NCBI GenBank assembly: GCA_003142255.1
Contig: PLLO01000019.1
Span: 16,971-80,970, forward strand
Source of the DNA: Bacteroidales bacterium
Lineage (GTDB): Bacteria; Bacteroidota; Bacteroidia; Bacteroidales; VadinHA17
Direction: 5' to 3'
DNA: 64,000 bases
In this document: positions 21,815-32,100 of the stretch, one piece after another
Layout of the letters: the number at the start of each line of letters is the position of its first letter
How positions within the stretch are numbered: position 1 is the stretch's first letter
Made by a program: the position numbers and the translations under genes
Notes under the pieces: generated by a model
The model's database searches: none
What the model was told of the DNA's origin: nothing
The model's input: only the letters and a program-made list of their open reading frames with translations

Positions 21815-21851
21815 TGTGAATCATGTAACTTTTTTCAAAAGTTATGTAATA
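21815..21851 (+). repeat. Copy B of the 37-nt direct repeat
   Basis: TGTGAATCATGTAACTTTTTTCAAAAGTTATGTAATA. 33 of 37 positions are identical to copy A. Confidence 0.8.
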
Positions 21852-22056
21852 CTTTCCGAAAATTACTGACTTATTTTTATTCTGAAAAGATTCATACACA
21901 ATGTTCCAGCTAGTTGGTGCGACTGAATTTTATTTAAATGTAAACGAAAACCATTAAGCTGGCGTCGAAAAATTTATTAATTCCTTCGACAAACTATTGG
22001 AGACTTTGGCAAACTAAGATACTGGTACAGATACAATAGGTTAGTGTTAGGTCAAT

Positions 22057-22854
22057 ATGAGAATCGCTATAAATGATATTGCTGTGAGTTATTCAGATGA
22101 AGGAAACAATGGATCTCGGGTTATCATTTTTATTCATGGTTTTCCTTTTAATAAGTCAATGTGGAATATGCAGGTGGAAGCACTTAAGGATAAATATCGT
22201 TTGATTACTTATGACATTCGCGGGTATGGTAATTCTGATTCAGGGGAAGGGGATTTTTCCATAGAACTTTTTGTAAAAGACCTGCTCTCCCTGATGGATG
22301 CCCTGAAGATTGATAAAACAGTGCTGTGTGGTTTATCCATGGGCGGATATATCGCTTTAAAAGCTATTGAAAGCTATCCGGAGCGTTTTGATGGTCTTAT
22401 ATTAAGTGACACCAATTGCATTGCAGATACTTCCGAAGTAAAAGAAAAACGGATGAAAGCAATTGAAAGCATCAGGAAAAGCGGATTGCGAAAATATGCC
22501 GATGAGAGTATTAAAAATCTTTTCGCACCTGAATCTTTCTCAACTAGGAAAGAAGAAATTGCTACTGTCAGGGAGATGATAGTGAAAAACTCTAAACAAT
22601 CACTCTATAATACCTTGCTCGCTTTATCTAAACGTGAAGAAACTTGCAGCAAATTGCCGGAGATAAAGGTACCGGTGCTTATTATGGTAGGATCGGAAGA
22701 TAAAATCACGCCTCCTGCAGCAGCACAGTTTATACATGAAAAAATAAAAGGCTCCTCTCTTCATATTATAGAACACGCTGGTCATTTAAGCAACATGGAG
22801 AATCCTGGTAAATTCAATTCCCAACTTAAAAAGTTTATTGCATCTGTTTACTAA
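22057..22854 (+). CDS. Alpha/beta hydrolase (3-oxoadipate enol-lactonase-like)
   Basis: 265 aa. IFIHGFPFNKSMW, the nucleophile elbow GLSMGG and a C-terminal HAGH are present. Confidence 0.8.
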   Translation: MRIAINDIAVSYSDEGNNGSRVIIFIHGFPFNKSMWNMQVEALKDKYRLITYDIRGYGNSDSGEGDFSIELFVKDLLSLMDALKIDKTVLCGLSMGGYIALKAIESYPERFDGLILSDTNCIADTSEVKEKRMKAIESIRKSGLRKYADESIKNLFAPESFSTRKEEIATVREMIVKNSKQSLYNTLLALSKREETCSKLPEIKVPVLIMVGSEDKITPPAAAQFIHEKIKGSSLHIIEHAGHLSNMENPGKFNSQLKKFIASVY

Positions 22855-22917
22855 TAGCCTATAACGCTTAAGTTTAATGACCTCAAATGATTGAACAACA
22901 CTTTAATAATTTAAACA

Positions 22918-23769
22918 ATGGAAAAAGTACTTGATAAATTAATGGCTGGAATCACCAGAGCTGAGTATATTGAAGTAGAACCTAATGTGCGCCTTCATAT
23001 TACAGATGCAGGCGAAGGCAGGCCTGTTGTGTTAATACATGGCTGGCCGTTAAGCGACGAAATGTTTGAATACCAATATAACGACCTGATAAATAAGCAT
23101 TTTAGGGTAATTGGTATTACGTTAAGAGGTTTTGGCAAATCTGATAAACCGTACGGAAAGTATAATTACGATGTTCATGCTCTGGATATAAAAAAGGTTT
23201 TAAGCAGACTTGATATTAAAGATGCTGTTTTAGGAGGCTTTTCAATGGGAGGATCCATTGTGATTCGCTATGTATCAGCATATAATGGAGCTCATGTTTC
23301 TAAGCTGGCCTTGTTTGGTGCAGCAGCTCCTATCTGGACTCAACGTAAAGATTTTCCGTACAATCTTCAACAAAGTGCTGTTGATGACTTAATTAAATTG
23401 AATTCTAAGGATCGGCCAAAGCTTTTATCTGACTTCGCAAAGATATTCTCCGCAACTAAAACCTCATTAAATGAAGGGATCGGAAGCTGGTTGAATGGGA
23501 TTTGCTTGAGCGCTTCTTCTTATGCAACAGCTCAATGCCTGATCGCTTTGCGAGATACGGACCTGAGAAGTGATATGGCGAAAATAAAAATTCCGACAGT
23601 GATTATGCATGGTAAAAAAGACAAAATATGTTCTTTTGACCTTGCCGGACAGATGAAAACCGGAATCTCAGGTTCACACATCGTTCCTTTTGAGAACAGC
23701 GGTCATAGCTTGTTTCTGGAAGAAACCCGGAAGTTTAATGCAGAGCTGATCAAATTTGCGGGAAAATAA
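22918..23769 (+). CDS. Alpha/beta hydrolase (non-haem haloperoxidase/arylesterase-like)
   Basis: 283 aa. LIHGWPLS, RGFGKSDKP, GFSMGG and a C-terminal SGHSLFLE are present. Confidence 0.8.
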   Translation: MEKVLDKLMAGITRAEYIEVEPNVRLHITDAGEGRPVVLIHGWPLSDEMFEYQYNDLINKHFRVIGITLRGFGKSDKPYGKYNYDVHALDIKKVLSRLDIKDAVLGGFSMGGSIVIRYVSAYNGAHVSKLALFGAAAPIWTQRKDFPYNLQQSAVDDLIKLNSKDRPKLLSDFAKIFSATKTSLNEGIGSWLNGICLSASSYATAQCLIALRDTDLRSDMAKIKIPTVIMHGKKDKICSFDLAGQMKTGISGSHIVPFENSGHSLFLEETRKFNAELIKFAGK

Positions 23770-23881
23770 ACTGAAAATCCGGGTAACAGCGGAACTGAAG
23801 ACTGGCCAAAAGTATATATGGCAAAATCAAAAATGTATTCAACGTTGTGATTGTTATTAAATTAATTTTAAAATAGAAATC

Positions 23882-24076
23882 ATGAATCTCAAAAGAATTT
23901 TTGGCGCATTACTTACTCTCCTCGGAATAGGTAGTCTTATTTATGCTGCAGTATTATTTGTAAATAACTCAAGTGGTACCCGTGATATTAAATCACTTGT
24001 CATATTTGGCATACTCGGTTTAATATTCTTCATTGCCGGCATTAGCCTGATACGCACAACAAAAGACGAAGCATAA
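23882..24076 (+). CDS. Small two-TM membrane protein, hypothetical
   Basis: 64 aa with two clear hydrophobic helices. No family recognised. Confidence 0.4.
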   Translation: MNLKRIFGALLTLLGIGSLIYAAVLFVNNSSGTRDIKSLVIFGILGLIFFIAGISLIRTTKDEA

Positions 24077-24133
24077 GCAGGAATGCCGATATAAACTTTA
24101 AACCGTACGCCTGGGATTAATCACGATACTTCT

Positions 24134-24637
24134 TGGTGAAACAGGCATTTTTGTTGAGTTACAGAAAGCATAAATGTAATCTGGGAAGTAAAAGCCAAAC
24201 CACGCAGAGCCATTTTAACGGTTATACGCACACGATTATTTTCATTCGGTCTGCTTTTATCAATTGGTTTTTTGCTGCTAATCTCTCTCACAATCACTAC
24301 TTATCATTGCGATTATGAGCAATTGGGTGATGAATCACTGGCCAAACGTTGTACTCGTAATATTTCATGTGCTTAATTTCATTATTTCGTTTGTAGTAGT
24401 AATGCTTCTACTTATACCAATGTTTAAAATATTACCGGACGCAAAAATTCAATGGAAACATTTATGGTGGGGTTCAATTCTTACGGTGCTGAATTTACCT
24501 GTGCCTATGCCGATCATTTCACAGGTAGAGTTCCGCCAACAGATATTGCTTTAAAAAGTGTGGACAAAAAAAATGAAAAAGATGCTGAAAAGCAAGATGT
24601 GAAATTTGATGATGATCAGGAATTGATTGGAAGTTAA
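24134..24637 (+). pseudogene. YihY/BrkB (virulence factor BrkB / former RNase BN) family membrane protein pseudogene
   Basis: Family-like segments lie in four different frames. They are GETGIFVELQKA | INVIWEVKAKPRRAILTVIRTRLFSFGLLLSIGFLLLISLTITT | ...LNFIISFVVVMLLLIPMFKILPDAKIQWKHLWWGSILT | YGAEFTCAYADHFTGR. The gene is N-terminally truncated, has at least two frameshifts (one near 24170), and has an internal deletion near 24480. Confidence 0.65.
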
Positions 24638-24766
24638 TTTAGATCAGATGTTCTAAAAACTATCAGTACATTTGAGTTTTTAAATTCCTTTATTTATTTT
24701 TATCTTATTATTTAAGTCGCACTTGTAACCTTGATATTGCATGTTAAAATCTTAAAAAAGAAAACT

Positions 24767-26602
24767 ATGGACGAAGAGTTAAAGACAGCTAAAAATTGTC
24801 GTCATTATGCTATGTGCAAAATAGACTTTCTGGGAAGCGGTGTATGCGATTCAGGTTTGGAAAAGCATTTCGTAAGTTTCTACCCCCAGGGACGGATGAT
24901 TCTTTATGAAGCACTTGCAGAAAATAAAGTTACAGTAACTGAAAAATGTCTTGAGATTGCAGATAGTTGCAACTTGTGTGGTAAATGTGATTACCAGTGT
25001 TATTTTCTCAATGAGATGCGTCCTACAAAAGTTATGGAGGCATTAAAAAACCATGTAGAAACTTTTATTAAAAACGGTGGGAAAATTAAATCCACCGGAG
25101 ATGACATCATACTCACTGAAATAAAAAGAATTGTGGGTGTCGATTGGGCAACTAATGATGAAGCAATTACAATAACCTATTCTCATGACCTTAGTGCGAT
25201 CTCGGACCCAAAGATGCCAGATTATGTTGTAATGCCAAATACGAAAGAAGAAATTGCATCGCTTGTGAAACTATTTAACAAAAATAAAATCACTTATACT
25301 ATTCGTGGCAATGGTCAGAATCTTCTTGGATTTGCTGTAAATGAAGGAGCTATTATCGACCTTAACAGAATGAAAACTATCGAATTTGATGAGAAGAACT
25401 GGCTTGTGAAGGTTGGTCCCGGTGTGGCTGCATTTGATCTTCAGAAACAAGCTCAGAAAAGAGGATTCAGAATTAATGCTGCAGAACCGGCTGCTCTTGT
25501 TTGTGCTAATATTATGTGTTCAGGAATAATGTCAACTTTTTCTACAACCTATGGAATAAATGCCGACAATTTTATTGATGCTGAATTTGTGGATAAAAAC
25601 GGTTCCTTTTTCAGTTTAAATGATATTTCTTCTCCAAATCTTTATTCTTACAAAAATCTGCAACATAAGAATTCTCCTGGTATTTGTGTATCAGCTAATA
25701 TCAGACTTCATCCTTTTACTGATGACGAAAGCGGTATTCTCGTGCCCTTTCAGACTCTTGACAGTGCTCTTGCTTTTATTAAAAACTGTTCAATAAGGCA
25801 TATTGGACTGGCCTTGGGTATCGTCGGAGCGGAATATATATCTACTTTTCTTTCCCCTACTAAAAAATCTGCTTCTGAAATAAAAAATGTCTTCATTAAT
25901 AAATTAGGTATACCTTATCTTGTTGTTGTAATCGGAGATAAGTTTGCAATCAGAAGTATCGGTGAGATGGGATTCCCTTTCTTTGATCAGCGCCTGTTCA
26001 GAGCGCTTTACCTTGGATTACCATCACTAAAATCAGCCAAATGGCTCGACCTTATAAAAGAACTTTCTGATGATGAACCTTATTCATACTTAAGAATTAA
26101 AAGTTTTGCAGATCTGTTAGAGACTGCACTTTCTCCGTCCCCTGATTTGTATTCACAGGAAATTGATCCCGATCTAAAACCATTTTTTGAAAAACTCTTC
26201 TCCAGGGATGAAATGACCGATCTGGTATGGCTGAATATGTACAGGATAATGAGCACCCGGTTAGGTCGTAAAAAACCATTTTTGCCTGTTCTTATTTATT
26301 TACCAATAGATAATGGCTTAATTGAGGAGCTTAATGATAAGTTCAGGCTTATTGCTGAGAAGTATCAGATAGACAATGATTTCGGTTTTATAACCCCTAT
26401 AGATAATGGGAAAAGATGCATTTTTGAATATGATTACTTCTATGATTATAATGACCCGGATGAGATCCGGAGAATACGTCAGGCAGGAACAGAAGCTAAT
26501 ACACTAGTCGATGAGTATTCAGTTAAAACCGGTACGGTAAAAGGCCACCCTTATGTTTTGTACCAGGGATTCTGCAGAAAAGAGAACTTGCTTTATTCAT
26601 AG
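24767..26602 (+). CDS. FAD-binding (PCMH/FAD_binding_4-type) oxidoreductase with N-terminal GlcF/HdrD-like Fe-S cysteine motifs
   Basis: The N-terminus reads CRHYAMCKIDFLGSGVC...YPQGRMILYEAL...CNLCGKCDYQC (CX2CX2CX3C). The FAD domain reads DYVVMPNTKEEIASLVKLFNKNKITYTIRGNGQNLLG...IIDLNRM...YGINADNFIDAEFVDKNG. The track ORF begins at a TTG (24731); the ATG at 24767 is preferred. Confidence 0.75.
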   Translation: MDEELKTAKNCRHYAMCKIDFLGSGVCDSGLEKHFVSFYPQGRMILYEALAENKVTVTEKCLEIADSCNLCGKCDYQCYFLNEMRPTKVMEALKNHVETFIKNGGKIKSTGDDIILTEIKRIVGVDWATNDEAITITYSHDLSAISDPKMPDYVVMPNTKEEIASLVKLFNKNKITYTIRGNGQNLLGFAVNEGAIIDLNRMKTIEFDEKNWLVKVGPGVAAFDLQKQAQKRGFRINAAEPAALVCANIMCSGIMSTFSTTYGINADNFIDAEFVDKNGSFFSLNDISSPNLYSYKNLQHKNSPGICVSANIRLHPFTDDESGILVPFQTLDSALAFIKNCSIRHIGLALGIVGAEYISTFLSPTKKSASEIKNVFINKLGIPYLVVVIGDKFAIRSIGEMGFPFFDQRLFRALYLGLPSLKSAKWLDLIKELSDDEPYSYLRIKSFADLLETALSPSPDLYSQEIDPDLKPFFEKLFSRDEMTDLVWLNMYRIMSTRLGRKKPFLPVLIYLPIDNGLIEELNDKFRLIAEKYQIDNDFGFITPIDNGKRCIFEYDYFYDYNDPDEIRRIRQAGTEANTLVDEYSVKTGTVKGHPYVLYQGFCRKENLLYS

Positions 26603-27788
26603 ATTCAAACCTGTTATTTTGTCAGTCAAAAATAAACCAACCATAACCCTGACCGGTGCAACCGGGTTTTTAGGCAGCCACCTTATGGCCTCCTTGCTTT
26701 CAGGTGGTCATAGAATCATTGTCCTTGGCCGTTCAAATAAAAATGGAACATTGCAGGAGAGAGTCTCCAGACTTTTAAAATGGTTCGGTATTGAAGAATT
26801 TGCTGGTCAGCTGAAATTTATGGAAATTGATTTTCTTAAGCCGTTATTAGGCATTCCGGAAGCAGATTATAAGGTGCTATGTGCAGACACAGAGCAAATT
26901 ATCCATTGTGCATCGGATACCAGCTTTACCGAACGAAAGCGAGATATTGTTTTTAAATCAAACGTGAACAGTCTTGAAGGTATTCTTGAATTTGCTGTAA
27001 ACGCCAATGTAAAGTTTTTTCATTATATAAGCACCGCATATGTTGCAGGCGCAAATGTTATATTATGCAAAGAATGCCTGTCCTCATCTGCTGATTTCTT
27101 AAATGTATATGAAGAAAGCAAAGCACTTGCTGAAAATATTATTGCTGCATTTTGCCAAAAGAATTCAATCCCTTTCTCAATAATCAGGCCATCTGTTGTT
27201 TACGGCGATTCACGTACAGGACGTTCTCTCCGGTTTAATGCGTTATATTTTCCTATTCAATCAGTAAAATATATCAGTGAAATTTATCTGAATGATATAA
27301 AAAATAATGACGGGAAAAAATCTAAACAGTTTGGAATATTCATTGATGAGGAGGGTTATCTGTTTTTACCTCTGAGAATATATTTGCCTGAAGAGGGCGC
27401 TCTTAACATCATCCCGGTTGATTATTTCGTTAATGCCACAATAATGATAATTGCCAATGCATCTCCAGGTGGTATTTATCATCTGACAAATAATTCATAT
27501 ACGAAGCTGGAAGCGATTGCTGTCTATAATGAACACTTTATGAAGATCAGAGGTGTGGAGATTATTTATGGCAAATCAGCAGACAATGTATTACGTAATC
27601 CTGCTGAAGAACTGTTCGATCGTTTTATGACACCTTACCGCCCGTATTTGTCCGACAACAGAATTTTCGACAGGGCAAATACTGACTTATTAACCGGGAA
27701 TATGAATCCCCCGGAGTTTTCTTATAAAATATTCGAAAAATGTATGGAATATGCAATTAGAGTTAACTGGGGGGAATCGATTTTTTAA
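26553..27788 (+). CDS. SDR-family thioester reductase-like protein (NAD_binding_4 / fatty acyl-CoA reductase-type)
   Basis: It carries the Rossmann motif LTGATGFLGSHL, IIHCASDTSF, YISTAYVAG and the catalytic YEESK. The ATG at 26553 overlaps the upstream gene by 50 nt. An in-frame TTG at 26619, 17 nt after the upstream stop, is an alternative start. Confidence 0.75.
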   Translation: MFCTRDSAEKRTCFIHRFKPVILSVKNKPTITLTGATGFLGSHLMASLLSGGHRIIVLGRSNKNGTLQERVSRLLKWFGIEEFAGQLKFMEIDFLKPLLGIPEADYKVLCADTEQIIHCASDTSFTERKRDIVFKSNVNSLEGILEFAVNANVKFFHYISTAYVAGANVILCKECLSSSADFLNVYEESKALAENIIAAFCQKNSIPFSIIRPSVVYGDSRTGRSLRFNALYFPIQSVKYISEIYLNDIKNNDGKKSKQFGIFIDEEGYLFLPLRIYLPEEGALNIIPVDYFVNATIMIIANASPGGIYHLTNNSYTKLEAIAVYNEHFMKIRGVEIIYGKSADNVLRNPAEELFDRFMTPYRPYLSDNRIFDRANTDLLTGNMNPPEFSYKIFEKCMEYAIRVNWGESIF

Positions 27789-27836
27789 TTATGGAAAAGG
27801 CTTTATGGGTTTATGCAAAGCTGGTAAGCTAAAACA

Positions 27837-28700
27837 ATGTCTTTAAGCTCTTTGCGAAGTCAAATAATTTATATTCGAAAATTTACCAAAATGCAGAAAG
27901 TTACCGAAGAGATATACAATAAGATAAATAACGAAATTTATAATCTGGAAGGTGACAGGTGGTGGCAGCCAGACTTTTCCCTGAATCTGATAAAAACACT
28001 GGTTAATCCTTTCAGAGTAGGATATGCGAAAAAAGTATTTGAAGAGTTTAAAATAGACTCGGGAAAAACAAATGTACTGGAAGTCGGCTGTGGCGGGGGT
28101 ATACTATCTGAAGAGATTGCAAGAATGGGATTTATTACCACCGGCATTGACCCATCTGAGCCATCACTGAACATCGCTATAAACCATGCTATAAAGGGAA
28201 ACCTGAAAATAAATTATGAAAAAGGAACCGGCGAGAATCTGCCATTTCAGAATAATTCTTTCGACGTGGTACTTTGTTGTGATGTATTGGAACATGTTTA
28301 TGATTTACCAAAAGTGATTTCTGAGATTTCGCGTGTTTTGAAAAACGGTGGTATTTTTATTTATGACACATTTAATCGCACATATTTCAGCAAAATAAGC
28401 ACTATCAAAATATTGCAGGAATGGAGACGATGGGCGATCATGCCGCCTAATCTTCATGTCTGGGAAATGTTTATCAAACCTGATGAGATAAAATTCTTAT
28501 TGCAGAAAAACCAATTGAGATGGAAAGAACACCATGGAATTAAACCAAATATTTCATATCTGAAAATGATTCGTTATCTCCGCAAAAGAGCTATCGGAGA
28601 ATTGTCTTATGTAGAATTTGGTAAAAAATTTCTTATGGTTGAAAGCTACAGCACTCAGATTATGTACATGGGATATGCTGTTAAACATAGTGATGCATAA
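27837..28700 (+). CDS. Class I SAM-dependent methyltransferase (UbiG-like)
   Basis: VLEVGCGGGILSEEIARMG (motif I) and FDVVLCCDVLEHVYDLPKVISEISRVLKNGGIFIYDT are present. An alternative start is M19 at 27891. Confidence 0.8.
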   Translation: MSLSSLRSQIIYIRKFTKMQKVTEEIYNKINNEIYNLEGDRWWQPDFSLNLIKTLVNPFRVGYAKKVFEEFKIDSGKTNVLEVGCGGGILSEEIARMGFITTGIDPSEPSLNIAINHAIKGNLKINYEKGTGENLPFQNNSFDVVLCCDVLEHVYDLPKVISEISRVLKNGGIFIYDTFNRTYFSKISTIKILQEWRRWAIMPPNLHVWEMFIKPDEIKFLLQKNQLRWKEHHGIKPNISYLKMIRYLRKRAIGELSYVEFGKKFLMVESYSTQIMYMGYAVKHSDA

Positions 28701-29118
28701 GGAATCCAGACCCATTTATCAATTAACAAAAATGAGTTTATTATATCAAAACACTCTTACACAATTCCGGGAAAGTGTAACAATATTTAATTACTTACAT
28801 CTCAGATATAAAAAGTACAAAACACTCTTTTAAGCTAAAAACATCCCGGTAATTCGATCTGATTTATGGATTGAGTATCTCCGAAGCATAATTCTCAACC
28901 TGAATAAAAGTGTTAATTATATAATTTTTTTAAAATTTTATATAACAATTATCTGTTTGAAAGAGCTTAACTTTATCTTCAAATTACTTGACAAAACCGG
29001 TATAATTTAAACAATCAAGATGTTATGAGACACTCATAACAGTATTTTGCTGACTTATCAAATTTATTATGATAATTAAAACTTTATAAGATTAGAAATA
29101 AAACATAAAATCAATTAA

Positions 29119-32100
29119 TTGAATAAAGTACCATCATTTATAAAGAAAACTTTAAAAGCTATCCTATGGGTGGCCATAGTCCTTGTGCTCATATTTGTAA
29201 TAATTGCATCACTAATCCAAATTCCTGGAATTCAAAACAAGATTATACATTATGCCACTTCTTTTGTCAGCAACAAAACGCATACACGTGTTGAGATAAA
29301 AAATATCAGTATTTCATTTCCAAAATCAGTTGTTATTGAAGGCCTTTTTATGGAAGACCTCCAAAAAGATACTTTAATATACATTGGGAGAGCGAAAATA
29401 AACATTGCATTTAAAGACCTGCTGTCTGATAAGATAAGCATAAATAATATTGGTTTGGAAAATGCAAGTCTCAAGGTAATCCGAATTACTGCCGATTCTT
29501 TATTCAATTACAATTTTCTGCTAACTGCATTTGGTGATAAAACCAATCAAACAAAAGTCAAGTCTCCTTCAACATCCAAATGGACATTTAGTGCTAATAA
29601 TGTGAAATTGAAAAATACCCGGTTTCGCTACGAAGATAAATACAGTGGAATTAATATAGCTGCGATTCTCGGGAATTTGGAGTTAAAAAATGGATCAGTC
29701 GATTTGCAAAAGGAAAATGTATCCTTAGATAATTTTTACCTTTCAAAAAGCGAAATTCAGTATAGCACAGTTGATAAAGTTTCAGCTTCCGACACAACAA
29801 TTGCGGTACCCATTGCCGCAACAGTAAACAATTGGAAAGTTACTGTGAAAAGCATCGGATTGGATGATAATTCACTTGCTTACCAGGTTGGGAACAAACC
29901 TGAAATAAAAAATGTATTTGATGCAAATCATTTGAAATATAATCATCTGACACTTGAAGCAACCGATTTTTTTTATTCATCAGATACGACTAAAGTTTCG
30001 ATAAAAAGATTCAGTGCTATTGATCAGAATAATTTCTCCATAACAAAATTTGAAGCTGATTTCAGTATGGGTCAACATTCCATAACTGCAAAAAAAATGA
30101 AGGCAAAAGCGGCCAATTCTTCCATAGTTGCTGATCTGGCTATTCAATATCCTTCTTTAAAATCATTAAAAGATTCCATGTCTTTCATAACCATGAATTT
30201 AGATATGGAAAATGTGAGCATTAAAAGTTCTGATGTTATCTATTTCAGTCCGAAACTTATCAGGCAGGCTTTCTTTAAAGATAAGACTAACATTACAACC
30301 ATTTCAGGAATTGTCAATGGGAGGATGAACAATCTCAAAGGGAAAAATCTGGTTATCAAAACAGGAGCCAGAACCATTTTAAAAACCGATTTCAGCATTA
30401 TAGGATTACCAGATGTGGAAACGGCTTACTTTGATTTCCCAAATCTTAAAATTAATTCGGGCAAACGGGATATTGAAATGATAGCCGGTACTTCAATACC
30501 CAAAAGCATTGAGCTTCCGGAAAATATAGATATGCAGATTGTTTTCAAAGGGAAGATAAAGTCCTTTGAATCAACAATGGGAATGAGCAGTAGCTTTGGT
30601 GAAGTGCAACTTTTTGCAACTATAGATAAAAATGAAAATTTCAGGAGCAAAATAAATATTTCCCGTTTCGATTTGGGAAGTTTGTTAAAAGACAAAGCGA
30701 TGTATGGTCCTGTAACATTAACTGCAGAAGTAAACGGGTATGGTCTGGATAAAGATACGATCAAGGCAAAAATAAATGCTGAAATATCGCAGATTTATTT
30801 GAATAAATATAGTTATCACAATCTGAATATAGATGGCAATATTAGAGGAAAGGAATTCGAAGGCAAGATAAATTTGAATGATGAAAATGCAGTATTTGAT
30901 TTTGACGGGCTGGTTAATTTAAATCAGAATCAGGAAAGCTATAAATTTCGTCTGAACGTGAAGGGAGCTGACCTTCAAAAGCTCAATTTTACAAAAGATG
31001 ATATAAGAATAAGTTTTGTTGCAGCAGCAGATTTAAAGGGTGGCGCTGTAAATAAAATGAATGGCAAGGCCGGAATTTCCAATTTGATTATTGCTAGTGG
31101 AGATAAAAAATATACGCTCGATTCCTTATTATTTGCTTCGATAAATGAACCGAACAGAAGTGAATTTAATTTTACCAGTGCCTTAATTGGTATAAAATAT
31201 TCCGGAACTATTTCTCCAGCCGATCTTTCAGCTGAACTAAACAATTTCATTAATAATTATTTTCCATTCTCAGATAGCAGTCAAATAAAAAAGAAAAGTG
31301 AACCATCGAATTTTAATTTTGAAATACAACTTCACAATCACCCCATTCTCTCGGAGGTTCTATTGCCTCAGCTAAAAGAATTCGAGCCGGGAATCATTCA
31401 GGGAAGTTTTGATAGTCAGAAAGACGAACTGAAATTAAATGCTGAATTGAAAAGAATAGTTTATGGAACTACTGAAATTAAAGATTTTATTCTGGATGTG
31501 AATTCAAATTCGGATGCATTGAACTATAATATTTCCAGTAGCAGTATTTCAAACTCTCAAATTAAATTAGACAACTTCTTGTTTGATGGGAAACTCGCAG
31601 ATAAAACAATATTTGTAAATGTATCTTCAGCTGATAATAAAAATAAAAAGTTAGTGATCCATTCGCAAATTACAAGGCATTTGGCCAACTATAAAATTGC
31701 GCTCGATCCAAAAGATTTCTACCTGATGAATAACCGCTGGGACATTGCCGCAGATAATTATATTGAATTCGGGAAAGAAGGTTTTTTGATTCATCATGTT
31801 TTTATTAATAATGCTGTAAGTCAGATCAATATAGCTTCTGTAAATGATAAGTTCAATGATGATTTGAACATAGCGGTAAAGAATTTCAGGCTGGATGACA
31901 TTTCCCGGATCATAGAAAAGGACACCAGTCTCGTAAAGGGAAGTGTGGATGGAAATATATTGTTCAAAAGAGTGAACAACACATATGGCATAATTGCTGA
32001 TGCAAAAATAAGTAACCTGTTTGTTCGTAATATTCCCGTCGGTAATTTTTCTGTCAAAGCTGACAATCGAACTGCCGGTAAATTTAATATTGATGTGAAT

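Noticed and set aside
29022-29040. Perfect 8-bp hairpin GTTATGAG-ACA-CTCATAAC about 80 nt upstream of tamB
   Set aside because: It is a real inverted repeat, but short, isolated in an AT-rich region, and without a T-run or other context. That is not enough to call a regulatory site.
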